A DNA stretch of 57,003 nucleotides from positions 1 through 57,003 of the forward strand of contig JASMTJ010000531.1 of the NCBI GenBank assembly GCA_041694335.1, read 5' to 3'. A model generated the notes under the pieces. It was not told the origin of the DNA. It searched no databases and worked only from the letters and a program-made list of their open reading frames with translations. Below, one piece after another: positions 36,835-45,897 of the stretch. The stretch comes from Bacteroidales bacterium. GTDB taxonomy: Bacteria; Bacteroidota; Bacteroidia; Bacteroidales; JAIPAH01. Position numbers and translations under genes: made by a program. The number at the start of each line of letters is the position of its first letter. Within the stretch, counting starts at the first letter, position 1.

Positions 36835-36986
36835 AGAATGCCATCCATCCGATTTCAAATATTCTGTTTGAAGTAATTACCATTGGGTTGCCCTTCTTTC
36901 CATCAAAAATCGTATTATTGCACTGCAATCTTTTACAGGATATTGCTTATGTAGAATACTCATATTAATCACGAAGGGAGGCACTT

Positions 36987-37895
36987 ATGTTTGAAACTAT
37001 TAAAATCGGAAACATCAAATGGTATCATACCAACGACCCTTCGGAAGAAAGTTTGACTTATCTTACTGATAATTTCCATTTTCACCCGCTTGATATCGAA
37101 GACCTCAGGGGTGTCAACCAACGCTCGAAAATAGATGTCTACGACGATTATTATTTCCTGATCCTTCATTTTCCTTACCTCGATAAGTCACAAACATTTG
37201 TGCGCACCCAGGAGGTGAAGATTTTCTGGGGCGAAGATTTCATCATTACTGTGGGTAAAACACATTGGGTGGTCAGGCAGATATTTGAGGAAGCTCAAAA
37301 ACAGGACGACACAGAAGCCTACTTCCAGATTGGTAACTCCGATTCTTTGCTTTACACCATTCTCGACAGATTGATGCGCGAGTCTTTAACTCTCATCAAA
37401 AGACTGGGAGCCGTAATTGAGCTCATCAGCCGCCAGATGTTTGAAAAGCGTCCGGAGCGCACCATTGAGCTTATGTCGGTGACCCGGAAAAATATTATTC
37501 TGCTTAACACAACGTTTAAACCCCAGCTGAGACTGTTCCATAAGTTTGAATCGGGAGAAATAGAAGGTTATGCCGAAAATATGGAAGATTACTGGGGTAA
37601 CATTCTCGACTACTATCAGAAGGTTTGGGACCTCACCGAAGATTATGATGAGCTGGTGGCAGGCCTTTCAAAAACCTTCGACTCCTTGCTTTCGAATCGT
37701 ACCAATGAAATCATGAAGATGCTTACGCTGATATCATCCATTGTGCTGCCTCTGACATTTATTACAGGTATTTACGGGATGAATATCAATCTGCCTATGC
37801 AGGATAAGGCATATGCGTTTTACTGGATAGCCGGGTTCATGCTTTTTATCATCATCATGATGATAATCCTGTTCAAATACCGAAAGTGGATGTAA
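36987..37895 (+). CDS. corA: Magnesium/cobalt transporter CorA
   Basis: Two C-terminal TM helices with the signature YGMN (GIYGMNINLP). 302 aa. Confidence 0.85.
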   Translation: MFETIKIGNIKWYHTNDPSEESLTYLTDNFHFHPLDIEDLRGVNQRSKIDVYDDYYFLILHFPYLDKSQTFVRTQEVKIFWGEDFIITVGKTHWVVRQIFEEAQKQDDTEAYFQIGNSDSLLYTILDRLMRESLTLIKRLGAVIELISRQMFEKRPERTIELMSVTRKNIILLNTTFKPQLRLFHKFESGEIEGYAENMEDYWGNILDYYQKVWDLTEDYDELVAGLSKTFDSLLSNRTNEIMKMLTLISSIVLPLTFITGIYGMNINLPMQDKAYAFYWIAGFMLFIIIMMIILFKYRKWM

Positions 37896-37902
37896 TTAGC
37901 TT

Positions 37903-38997
37903 TTACGGGTTTTTTTGATTCATGATCTCCGTTTGAATTCTCAGCGATTCTTTATGGATAAGCTTGAGCAACTGGCTTAGGAACTCCTTGTCGAGGCCCT
38001 GCTCTGAACCCACGCGCAATCTTTGCTGTAGCATTTCTGTCCAGCGTTTTAGCTGAAAAACGGTTATGTCGTTTTCTTTCTTATAATTACCGATTTCATC
38101 AATAAGATTCATTCTTCTCGATAAAATATGAATAAACTCAGCATCAAGCTTGTCAATTTCAGTTCGGAGCTGCTGCAACTGATCCTGAAATAAAGCTCCT
38201 CCATATTCCTTACGAATCACCAGCTTATCCAGCATGTTTTTCAGGAATTCGGGAGAAATCTGTTGCTTCATGTCGGTTAAAGCTTTCTCAGGGTTGCAGT
38301 GGCTTTCAATCATCAGTCCATCCATGGCCAGATCCATTGCTTTTTGTGATATTTCAGCCAGGTATTCGGGCGTGCCGCTGATATGGCTGGGGTCGCAAAT
38401 CACCGGAATTTCGGGGTGTGTCCTTTTCAGTTCTATCGGGATTTCCCACATCGGGGCATTGCGATAGGGAGAACGCTCGAAAAGGTAGAATCCGCGATGA
38501 ATGGCAGCCAGCTTTTTCACTCCGTTTCTGTACATCCGCTCCAGCGCACCAATCCATAAATTGATATCAGGAGTGATGGGGTTTTTGATCATCACAGGAA
38601 TATTAACTCCCTGAAGGGTGTCAGCAATTTCCTGCACAGAAAAAGGGTTGACCACTGTGCGGGCGCCTACCCATAGCATGTCGATGTCGTATTTTAATGC
38701 CAGCTCCACGTGCTCAGGGTTCGCAATTTCAGTGGTAATCATCATTCCGGTCTCTTCCTTGACCCGCTTCAGCCATTTCAGTCCGGCCTCACCCACACCT
38801 TCAAAATCACTCGGCCGTGTTCTGGGTTTCCAAATACCGGCTCTGAACACATCTACTTTACCAATAGCAGCCAACTCGTGGGCAGTTCTCAACATTTGCT
38901 GCTCGCTTTCGGCACTGCAGGGGCCTGCAATGGTCACCGGGCGGCCTGGTAACCAATCTACAACTCCTTCAAACACTTGCTGTACTGCCGTTTTCAT
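37903..38997 (-). CDS. Bifunctional 3-deoxy-7-phosphoheptulonate (DAHP) synthase / chorismate mutase
   Basis: N-terminal Ib-type DAHPS/KDO8PS-like barrel (IAGPCSAESEQQ..., CDPSH) plus a C-terminal AroQ chorismate mutase helix bundle (LRTEIDKLDAEFIHILSRRMNLIDEIGNYK). Confidence 0.85.
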   Translation of the reverse strand: MKTAVQQVFEGVVDWLPGRPVTIAGPCSAESEQQMLRTAHELAAIGKVDVFRAGIWKPRTRPSDFEGVGEAGLKWLKRVKEETGMMITTEIANPEHVELALKYDIDMLWVGARTVVNPFSVQEIADTLQGVNIPVMIKNPITPDINLWIGALERMYRNGVKKLAAIHRGFYLFERSPYRNAPMWEIPIELKRTHPEIPVICDPSHISGTPEYLAEISQKAMDLAMDGLMIESHCNPEKALTDMKQQISPEFLKNMLDKLVIRKEYGGALFQDQLQQLRTEIDKLDAEFIHILSRRMNLIDEIGNYKKENDITVFQLKRWTEMLQQRLRVGSEQGLDKEFLSQLLKLIHKESLRIQTEIMNQKNP

Positions 38998-39046
38998 AAT
39001 TCAATAAACTACTTGGGTAAAAATGATTTGTCGCAATAAAGTTTTG

Positions 39047-39054
39047 CAAAGCTA
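39047..39054 (-). promoter_or_regulatory. -7 box TAGCTTTG for the DAHPS/CM gene
   Basis: The minus strand reads TAGCTTTG, about 50 nt upstream of the ATG at 38997. Confidence 0.4.
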
Positions 39055-39176
39055 CAGAATTCATCTGCAAAGAAGAACAAAACCAGTATGAAAAGGTTTG
39101 TGGTAGCTTCTCGGTGAATCTTATTGCCTGACGCCGCACTTCTTTTGCGCTGCAATTGATGTGACATATAATTTAC

Positions 39177-39184
39177 TATTTTTG
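39177..39184 (+). promoter_or_regulatory. -7 box TATTTTTG for asnS
   Basis: Plus strand, 23 nt upstream of the ATG at 39207. Confidence 0.5.
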
Positions 39185-39206
39185 CAGGAATAAAAAATAC
39201 CGATTT

Positions 39207-40655
39207 ATGAAGCGCACGAAAATTGTAAACCTTTTAAAAGCTGACGAGAAATCCCTCGGACAAGATTTCCTGGTAAAGGGCTGGGTCAGAACCAAAAGAG
39301 CCAGCAAAAACATTGCATTTATTAACATCAACGATGGTTCTGTAATTCATAATATTCAGGCTGTGGTTGATGTCAATAATATTGACAACGAGGTTTTACA
39401 ACATATAACTACCGGAGCTTCGGTGGCTGTTGAAGGTGTGCTCATTGAATCGCAGGGTAAAGGGCAGAAGTATGAGCTGGAAGCCAAAAAAGTAGAGCTG
39501 CTCGGAAAGGCAGATCCTGAAAAATATCCGATTCAGCCTAAAAAGCATTCGCTGGAGTTTTTGAGAGAAGTGGCTCACCTGCGTTTCCGCACCAACACAT
39601 TTGGAGCGGTTAACCGTATCAGGCACCACATGATTTTTGCCGTGCATAAGTTTTTTAATGATAAAGGCTTCTACAACATCCACACACCCATTATCACCGG
39701 ATCGGATGCCGAAGGGGCCGGAGAGATGTTTAAGGTTACCACACTCGATTTTGATAATACGCCCCGCACCGAAGAAGGGAAGGTGGATTTTAAGAAAGAC
39801 TTTTTCGGAAAAGCAACCAACCTGACTGTATCCGGGCAGCTGGAAGGGGAGCTTGCTGCATTGGCACTCTCAGAAATATATACTTTCGGTCCTACTTTCC
39901 GGGCCGAGAATTCTAACACAAAAAGACACCTCGCCGAGTTTTGGATGATTGAGCCTGAAATGGCTTTCTACGATATTCATGATAATATGGATCTGGCAGA
40001 AGAGATGCTTAAATATCTCATCCGCTATGCTTTGGATCATTGTAAGGATGATCTGCAATTTTTGAATGATCGCCAGAAAGATGAGGATAGTAAGAAGCCG
40101 GCCAACGAACGTGAGCCGATGGAATTAATTGAGAAGCTCAATTTTATTTTGGAAAATGATTTCGAACGCATCACTTACACGCAAGCGTTTGATGTGCTCA
40201 GAAACTCGAAACCCAACAAAAAAGGAAAGTTTGCCTTCCCGGTGAAAGAATGGGGCGTGGATTTGCAGTCGGAACATGAGCGCTACCTGGTTGAAAAGCA
40301 TTTTAAGAAGCCGGTCATCGTTACTGATTATCCAAAGGAGATTAAATCTTTCTACATGAAGCAAAACGACGATGGCGAGACCGTGAGAGGAATGGATGTG
40401 CTGTTCCCTTCCATCGGTGAAATTATAGGCGGCTCACAACGTGAAGAAGACTATGATAAGCTTCATCGCCGCATGGAGGAAATGAATATTCCGAAAGAAG
40501 AAATGTGGTGGTTTTTGGATACCAGGCGTTTTGGAACCGTAGAGCACTCGGGTTATGGTCTTGGTTTTGAGCGTCTAATGCTTTTCGTTACTGGAATGGG
40601 AAATATCAGAGATGTGATCCCTTTCCCTCGCACACCACAGAATGCTGAATTTTAA
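39207..40655 (+). CDS. asnS: Asparagine--tRNA ligase
   Basis: OB anticodon-binding domain, class II motifs ([33 protein letters not shown]) and the typical C-terminus [11 protein letters not shown]. Confidence 0.92.
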   Translation: MKRTKIVNLLKADEKSLGQDFLVKGWVRTKRASKNIAFININDGSVIHNIQAVVDVNNIDNEVLQHITTGASVAVEGVLIESQGKGQKYELEAKKVELLGKADPEKYPIQPKKHSLEFLREVAHLRFRTNTFGAVNRIRHHMIFAVHKFFNDKGFYNIHTPIITGSDAEGAGEMFKVTTLDFDNTPRTEEGKVDFKKDFFGKATNLTVSGQLEGELAALALSEIYTFGPTFRAENSNTKRHLAEFWMIEPEMAFYDIHDNMDLAEEMLKYLIRYALDHCKDDLQFLNDRQKDEDSKKPANEREPMELIEKLNFILENDFERITYTQAFDVLRNSKPNKKGKFAFPVKEWGVDLQSEHERYLVEKHFKKPVIVTDYPKEIKSFYMKQNDDGETVRGMDVLFPSIGEIIGGSQREEDYDKLHRRMEEMNIPKEEMWWFLDTRRFGTVEHSGYGLGFERLMLFVTGMGNIRDVIPFPRTPQNAEF

Positions 40656-40687
40656 TCGGTAGGCAAAGTTTAGCAACAGCTTTTTAT

Positions 40688-40695
40688 TATATTTG
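40688..40695 (+). promoter_or_regulatory. -7 box TATATTTG for rpoN
   Basis: Plus strand, 29 nt upstream of the ATG at 40724. Confidence 0.5.
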
Positions 40696-40723
40696 CTTGC
40701 ACACGATAATCAGAGATTGATTT

Positions 40724-42181
40724 ATGTTAAACCAACGTCTTCAGCAAAAGCTACTTCAAAAGCTATCGCCTCAGCAGATTCTTCTGATGAAGCTGTTGCA
40801 GATACCTTCGGTGGCTCTCGAACAGCGAATCAAGCAAGAGGTGGAGGAGAACCCTGCCCTTGATGCTTCTGAAGGTGTGGATGACGAATCCGAGACGGAG
40901 GAATATCCTGACACAGAGGAGCAGGAAAATGATACAGATTCTGATGAGTTTGATATTTCTGATTATTTGAGTGATGATGAAACTCCCGATTACAAGCTAT
41001 ACGCAAACAATTCCAGTCCGGATGATGAGCAGAAATCAATACCTTATGCCTCAGGAAATACTTTTCATGAGCTGCTGAGCACGCAGCTGGGGTTACGGGC
41101 ACTTGATGATCGCAGTCACCAGATAGCCGAGTACATTATCGGTAATATAGATGAGTCGGGTTATCTGGAGCGCAGCCTTGATGCCATGGTCGATGATTTG
41201 GCTTTCAGTATGGGGGTTGAGTCGGATAAGAAGGAACTTGAAAAGCTGCTCAGCGAAATACAGGATCTGGATCCGCCGGGCGTAGGGGCGCGCGATTTAA
41301 AAGAGTGCCTGCTGCTTCAATTAGAAAGGGAGCATGAGAAGGATGAGACCAGCGAACTGGCGGAGTTAATCCTCCGGCGCTATTTCAGGGAGTTTACGAA
41401 GAAGCACTATGATAAAATCCTGAAAAAGGCAGAAATCAGTAGTGATGAATTGAAGGTAGCGATAGATAAGATACTAACCCTGAATCCAAAGCCCGGTAAC
41501 GCATTAAGCGACAACTCCAGGGCGAACCACTATGTTATTCCGGATTTTATTATCACCAATGAAGATGGAGAACTGCAACTGACGCTCAACAGCCGAAATG
41601 CCCCTGAGCTTCGTCTGAACAGAACTTACGTGGATATGCTGGAGGCATATAACGCCAACAAAAAAAACCAGTCGCAGCAACAAAAAGATGCGATGATGTT
41701 CATTAAGCAGAAAATGGATTCTGCCAAGTGGTTTATCGATGCTATCAAGCAGCGCCAGCACACTCTTTATGTGACGATGGAAGCCATCATGAATTATCAG
41801 TACGAATATTTCCTGGAGGGCGATGAAACGCGGTTGAGACCAATGATTCTAAAAGATATCGCTGAAATCGTCAACCTGGATATTTCCACAATTTCGAGAG
41901 TGGCCAACAGTAAGTATGTCCAAACTCCTTTTGGAACCTTCCTGTTAAAGAGCTTTTTTTCCGAATCGATGCAGAAGGAATCAGGAGAGACCGTTTCTAC
42001 CAGGGAAATCAAAAAAATCTTACAAGACACCATTGAGGCCGAAAACAAATCGAAGCCGCTTACTGATGACCATCTGGCCCGGATGCTCAAAGAGAAAGGC
42101 TATAATATCGCCAGAAGAACAGTGGCAAAGTATCGAGAGCAGCTCAACATTCCGGTGGCCCGACTGAGAAAAGAACTTTAA
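40724..42181 (+). CDS. rpoN: RNA polymerase sigma-54 factor
   Basis: Region I MLNQRLQQKLLQKLSPQQI, an acidic region II, and the RpoN box ARRTVAKYREQL near the C-terminus. Confidence 0.95.
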   Translation: MLNQRLQQKLLQKLSPQQILLMKLLQIPSVALEQRIKQEVEENPALDASEGVDDESETEEYPDTEEQENDTDSDEFDISDYLSDDETPDYKLYANNSSPDDEQKSIPYASGNTFHELLSTQLGLRALDDRSHQIAEYIIGNIDESGYLERSLDAMVDDLAFSMGVESDKKELEKLLSEIQDLDPPGVGARDLKECLLLQLEREHEKDETSELAELILRRYFREFTKKHYDKILKKAEISSDELKVAIDKILTLNPKPGNALSDNSRANHYVIPDFIITNEDGELQLTLNSRNAPELRLNRTYVDMLEAYNANKKNQSQQQKDAMMFIKQKMDSAKWFIDAIKQRQHTLYVTMEAIMNYQYEYFLEGDETRLRPMILKDIAEIVNLDISTISRVANSKYVQTPFGTFLLKSFFSESMQKESGETVSTREIKKILQDTIEAENKSKPLTDDHLARMLKEKGYNIARRTVAKYREQLNIPVARLRKEL

Positions 42182-42191
42182 ATCTTTTTAT

Positions 42192-42800
42192 ATGGAAAAC
42201 AAGTTCGCCAGTTTTATCTCTTATCTTTTTCACCCGATTCTTATCCCGTTCTACGCAGTAATCCTTTTACTTAAGCCTTCTTACCTGGTTAATGGCATCC
42301 CTTTCCAGGGGAAACTGATGCTGCTTACACTGGTGTTGCTGACAGTGGTTTTGCTGCCCCTCTTTCTGATGGTTATTTACAGGAAGATGGGTTGGGTTTC
42401 GACTTATTATCTGACCGACAGGAAGGAGCGGAAACTTCCCTTAATAACCATGGGATTTTTACAACTGATTATGGCCCTCATGCTTCAAAGGCTTCAGATA
42501 TCAACGGTTTTTCACCTCTTTTTTCTCACCGCGGCGGTTTTAACAGTGGTGCTTCTGCTTATTACCAATTACTGGAAAATCAGTTTGCACACCAGTGCTA
42601 TTGCCGGTTTGCTGGGAGCTTTGTCAGGAATGGCTATTGCCTTAAAGGTCGATTTTATTTTGCCGGTATTGGGTGTTGTTCTTTTGGCGGGGGTTGTTGG
42701 CTATGCCCGCCTTAAATTAAAAACCCACAACACTTCCCAGGTTTATGCGGGATATATTGTGGGCTTTACCACTGTATTTTTGTTTTTTCTTTTCCTTTAA
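42192..42800 (+). CDS. Polytopic membrane protein, possibly PAP2-like
   Basis: Six hydrophobic helices. KISLHTSAIAG and THNTSQVYAGY weakly resemble PAP2 motifs (weak evidence). Confidence 0.4.
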   Translation: MENKFASFISYLFHPILIPFYAVILLLKPSYLVNGIPFQGKLMLLTLVLLTVVLLPLFLMVIYRKMGWVSTYYLTDRKERKLPLITMGFLQLIMALMLQRLQISTVFHLFFLTAAVLTVVLLLITNYWKISLHTSAIAGLLGALSGMAIALKVDFILPVLGVVLLAGVVGYARLKLKTHNTSQVYAGYIVGFTTVFLFFLFL

Positions 42801-43486
42801 AACTTCACCACCGAAATACCAACACTTATCGGGTACATTTCAGGGCCTTTGTTTTCTTCAAATACCGGAGCAAGCGAATAGTATGCAAATACATCAATCC
42901 ATTTATAACCGAGCCTTAGAGTGGGGCCATACCTTAGACTATTCGTATTATCAAGATCTTTTCTTTTCACTTTGATGGTGCCCGCCTGGTCAGAGGTGTA
43001 ATCATCGCCCTTATACTTGCTGAGGCTGTTAATGAGCAATCCGACCTTGAATCCGACCGCTGCCCTCAGGGCACTTTCTGTTTCGATATGAAACTCAAGA
43101 GGCACATCGAGATAGCCAAAACTCAGTTTTGCATTGTCAACCTGGGTATTCGAACCGTCGGCCAGAGTGTCAGGGATGGCACCAAAAACCGTTACGCCAT
43201 TGTCATCTTTAGAAAGTGTATTCTCATGATAGAGGTTGTGGATACCAATGCCCGCACCTATTTGAAAATTAAAGGCCGTGTTTTTAATGGGGAAATTATA
43301 CATGCTGTAAATGTTGATTCCCCGGTTGATAGTGGCGGCATCCAGCGCGTCAGGAGTGCTTTGCCAGATATCACTGAAAAGGTCTACTTTAGTTTCGAGA
43401 TTACGGCGAAATTCGCTGTCTTGACCATGTACCGTGATTGCAGCAACTGATACAAGGATGGTGATGATAAGTGCAGTCTTTCTCAT
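42797..43486 (-). CDS. Outer-membrane beta-barrel protein (OmpW/porin-like small barrel)
   Basis: Signal peptide MRKTALIITILVSVAAITVHGQ, alternating beta-strand pattern, and the C-terminal ...ISVGISVVKF. Confidence 0.65.
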   Translation of the reverse strand: MRKTALIITILVSVAAITVHGQDSEFRRNLETKVDLFSDIWQSTPDALDAATINRGINIYSMYNFPIKNTAFNFQIGAGIGIHNLYHENTLSKDDNGVTVFGAIPDTLADGSNTQVDNAKLSFGYLDVPLEFHIETESALRAAVGFKVGLLINSLSKYKGDDYTSDQAGTIKVKRKDLDNTNSLRYGPTLRLGYKWIDVFAYYSLAPVFEENKGPEMYPISVGISVVKF

Positions 43487-43530
43487 TTGATTTTATTTCT
43501 TTCTAAGTTTTCAGATTCAGAAAACGCCAG

Positions 43531-43546
43531 TTCAACAAATGTGCCA
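43531..43546 (-). promoter_or_regulatory. Sigma-54-like element TGGCAC-N5-TTGA upstream of the small OM barrel gene
   Basis: The minus strand reads TGGCACATTTGTTGAA, 45 nt upstream of the ATG at 43486. Confidence 0.35.
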
Positions 43547-43652
43547 TTTTCTTGAATTCATGAAAACAAAGCCTGTTTTCTTAATACTATTTTGAATCAA
43601 TGCAAAAATAATAAAAAGAAAGACCGCGTTTTGGCTTCCCTATTAAAGAATG

Positions 43653-43841
43653 TTAAACAGCAGTGTTTTTCTGCCTAAGCTGATTCTTCTTAAAGAAGTA
43701 AAGAGCCAGATACCCTATCACCGGAGTGAACAGCACGCCAACTAAAAGAATTTTCAGGCCTTCAAACTTTACATTTTCACATTCGTAAAGAAATGGAAAC
43801 AGTAAAATGATGTATAAGCTCCATAAAATATCTGCAATCAT
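43653..43841 (-). CDS. Possible 62-aa two-helix membrane peptide
   Basis: Only an ORF with two hydrophobic segments. No other support. Confidence 0.3.
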   Translation of the reverse strand: MIADILWSLYIILLFPFLYECENVKFEGLKILLVGVLFTPVIGYLALYFFKKNQLRQKNTAV

Positions 43842-43930
43842 GGTTGTTAGATTTTACTTCAGCACAAAAATACCACAACCACATACCTGTATGTTACGAC
43901 TCCGTTAAGGGTTCGTTAAGTTTGTAAAAA

Positions 43931-44668
43931 TCAGAGCAGAGCGCCTGCGCTGCCAATGATACCGGCTTGATTCTGCAGCTTGGCCGGAACTACTTTTGTT
44001 TCTACACCTTTAAGGTATTCTTCATATTTTTCAAACTTTTTGCTGGCGCCACCACCCAAAATGATGATCTCAGGATAAAATAGCTTTTCCATGTATTGCA
44101 GGTATTCTGCAAAACGCTTGGCCCATTTTTTCCATGACAAGTCTTCGTTTTTTCGCACTGCATCAGAGGTCCACTTTTCAGCTACCTTGTCGTTGTAATG
44201 AATATGTCCGAGTTCCGTGTTGGGAACTAAGACTCCGTTAGAAAAAATCGCCGTGCCAATTCCTGAACCTATGGTGATCATCAGTGCCACCCCTTTGATA
44301 TCTTTTCCATGTCCGAACTTTACCTCTGCCATTCCGGCTGCATCGGCATCATTCAGCACTTTGTTGGGATGTCCCGTAACCTGCATGAAAATCTCTTCAG
44401 CGTTCGAGCCAATCCAGCTTTTATCAATATTTGATGCTGTGCGAACAACACCACTTTGAATGGCCGCAGGGAAGGCCACACCAAAATCACCTTTGTATTC
44501 AAAATGAGTAATAATGTCATTAATTATTTCAGCAACAGGCTGCGGTGCTGCGGGTTTTGGGGTTTCTATCCGGTGGCGTTCACCTACTAATTCGCCTTTA
44601 TTTAAATCAACCAGCCCACCTTTGATGCCTGAGCCTCCGAAATCAATTCCCAGTTTGATGTTTTCCAT
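43931..44668 (-). CDS. ppgK: ROK family polyphosphate/ATP glucokinase
   Basis: GIDFGGSGIKGGLVDLNKGELVGERHRIETPKP closely resembles the PpgK N-terminus. 245 aa. Confidence 0.75.
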   Translation of the reverse strand: MENIKLGIDFGGSGIKGGLVDLNKGELVGERHRIETPKPAAPQPVAEIINDIITHFEYKGDFGVAFPAAIQSGVVRTASNIDKSWIGSNAEEIFMQVTGHPNKVLNDADAAGMAEVKFGHGKDIKGVALMITIGSGIGTAIFSNGVLVPNTELGHIHYNDKVAEKWTSDAVRKNEDLSWKKWAKRFAEYLQYMEKLFYPEIIILGGGASKKFEKYEEYLKGVETKVVPAKLQNQAGIIGSAGALL

Positions 44669-44773
44669 AATTCTTATTTATTTCAGTCGAAAGTACAGTA
44701 TAGATACTTTAAATGCAAATTTTGATTGATTTGCTGAGCTTTGATGCATGTGAAACTATAAAAATCAAATTTT

Positions 44774-44959
44774 TTAATTGTGGATATGAATACAGTGAAT
44801 AAAGGGGAATAGTGCCGAGTCACGATATTTTGCAGTAAATTTTCTATTCCCGTATTGTTCGCCTAAATGCCTTTTCAACCTTGATTGAGGTGAGGCATTA
44901 GTTGCTCCGATGTAAAATCTGTCAGCCACCCTAGAGTGTAGGATATAAACGAAAGGCAT
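44774..44959 (-). CDS. GIY-YIG nuclease-superfamily protein, apparently C-terminally truncated (61 aa)
   Basis: Start trimmed to MPFVYILHSRVADRFYIGATNASPQSRLKRH (GIY...YIG motifs). It ends shortly after FTAKYRD, before the helix that normally carries the conserved Glu. Confidence 0.55.
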   Translation of the reverse strand: MPFVYILHSRVADRFYIGATNASPQSRLKRHLGEQYGNRKFTAKYRDSALFPFIHCIHIHN

Positions 44960-44996
44960 TGTTTTAAGATTACGAGTTTCCTGTTCGTTAAAGGTA

Positions 44997-45027
44997 TAAA
45001 AAAAGCCATCCCAAAATGAGATGGCTT
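44997..45027 (-). terminator. Rho-independent terminator after tRNA(CAU)
   Basis: The stem AAGCCATC/GATGGCTT is followed by T7 on the minus strand, immediately 3' of the tRNA. Confidence 0.7.
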
Positions 45028-45031
45028 CGTG

Positions 45032-45108
45032 TGGTGGGCCCACCTGGACTTGAACCAGGGACCACTTGATTATGAGTCAAGTGCTCTAACCAACTGAGCT
45101 ATAGGCCC
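45032..45108 (-). tRNA. tRNA with anticodon CAU (elongator type; acceptor-stem C4-G69/C5-G68 suggests tRNA-Ile2 rather than Met), CCA encoded
   Basis: The minus strand GGGCCTATAGCTCAGTTGGTTAGAGCACTTGACTCATAATCAAGTGGTCCCTGGTTCAAGTCCAGGTGGGCCCACCA folds into a full cloverleaf. There are no GGG/CCC pairs in the anticodon stem, so it is not an initiator. Confidence 0.85.
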
Positions 45109-45175
45109 TTGTGTGTTTGTTGAAGAAATGCTATTTTTGCGTGTTACGTACAAGTACACGCTTTTTTAGCGTGTG

Positions 45176-45183
45176 CAAATTTA
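45176..45183 (-). promoter_or_regulatory. -7 box TAAATTTG upstream of tRNA(CAU)
   Basis: The minus strand reads TAAATTTG, 68 nt upstream of the mature 5' end. Confidence 0.4.
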
Positions 45184-45222
45184 CATTAAAGCTTTGAAAA
45201 TACCATATAAAATCTGAAAAAT

Positions 45223-45849
45223 ATGTCAGCAATCATCAGCGGAATAAAGAATTTGTTATTTGATTTTGGAGGTGTTATTATTGATATTGATTACAATAGA
45301 GTAAAAAAGGCTTTTGAGGATCTTGGAATGGAGGATGTCAGGGCTTTTTACCAGCATGATGATCACAGCAGGTTGGTAGAGGATTTTGAAAAAGGGCTTA
45401 TCACCGAAGATCAGTTTCGAAATGCTATTATTTCAGAGATGCCAGGTACAATTTCTTATCAGGATTTTGATAACGCCTGGAACCGGATTTTGCTGACAGT
45501 GCCACGCAAGAGAGTGGAAATGCTCGAAAAACTTCAGGGAAAGTACAATTTATACCTTTTGTCAAATACGAATATTATCCATTACAGAAAGTATTCTGAT
45601 GACTTCCTGAAAGAATACGGGAAGTCATTGAACAGCTTATTTGAGAAAGCCTATTATTCACACGAAATCCTGCTCAGGAAACCTGATCCTGAAATTTTTA
45701 ATTTCGTATTGAACGATGCAGGGATCAGAGCTGCCGAAACCCTTTTTGTTGATGATTCTGAACTGAATATTGAAGCAGCTAAGCAGGTGGGGTTAAAGAC
45801 ACTTTATAAGCCTCAGCATAATGAGGTCGCTGATTATTTTCAAGAGTAA
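45223..45849 (+). CDS. HAD-superfamily hydrolase (subfamily IA-like)
   Basis: Motif I LLFDFGGVII, motif II LLSNTN, motif IV LFVDDS. Confidence 0.75.
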   Translation: MSAIISGIKNLLFDFGGVIIDIDYNRVKKAFEDLGMEDVRAFYQHDDHSRLVEDFEKGLITEDQFRNAIISEMPGTISYQDFDNAWNRILLTVPRKRVEMLEKLQGKYNLYLLSNTNIIHYRKYSDDFLKEYGKSLNSLFEKAYYSHEILLRKPDPEIFNFVLNDAGIRAAETLFVDDSELNIEAAKQVGLKTLYKPQHNEVADYFQE

Positions 45850-45897
45850 TCCTGAAAAAGAAGCTATTTGTCCACACTTAAACCTGAGGAGAAGAAG

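Noticed and set aside
44774-45222. tRNA-associated genomic island or integrative element
   Set aside because: I see no integrase or recombinase, no direct repeat of the tRNA 3' end in the window and no compositional break. The neighbouring genes are ordinary housekeeping genes.
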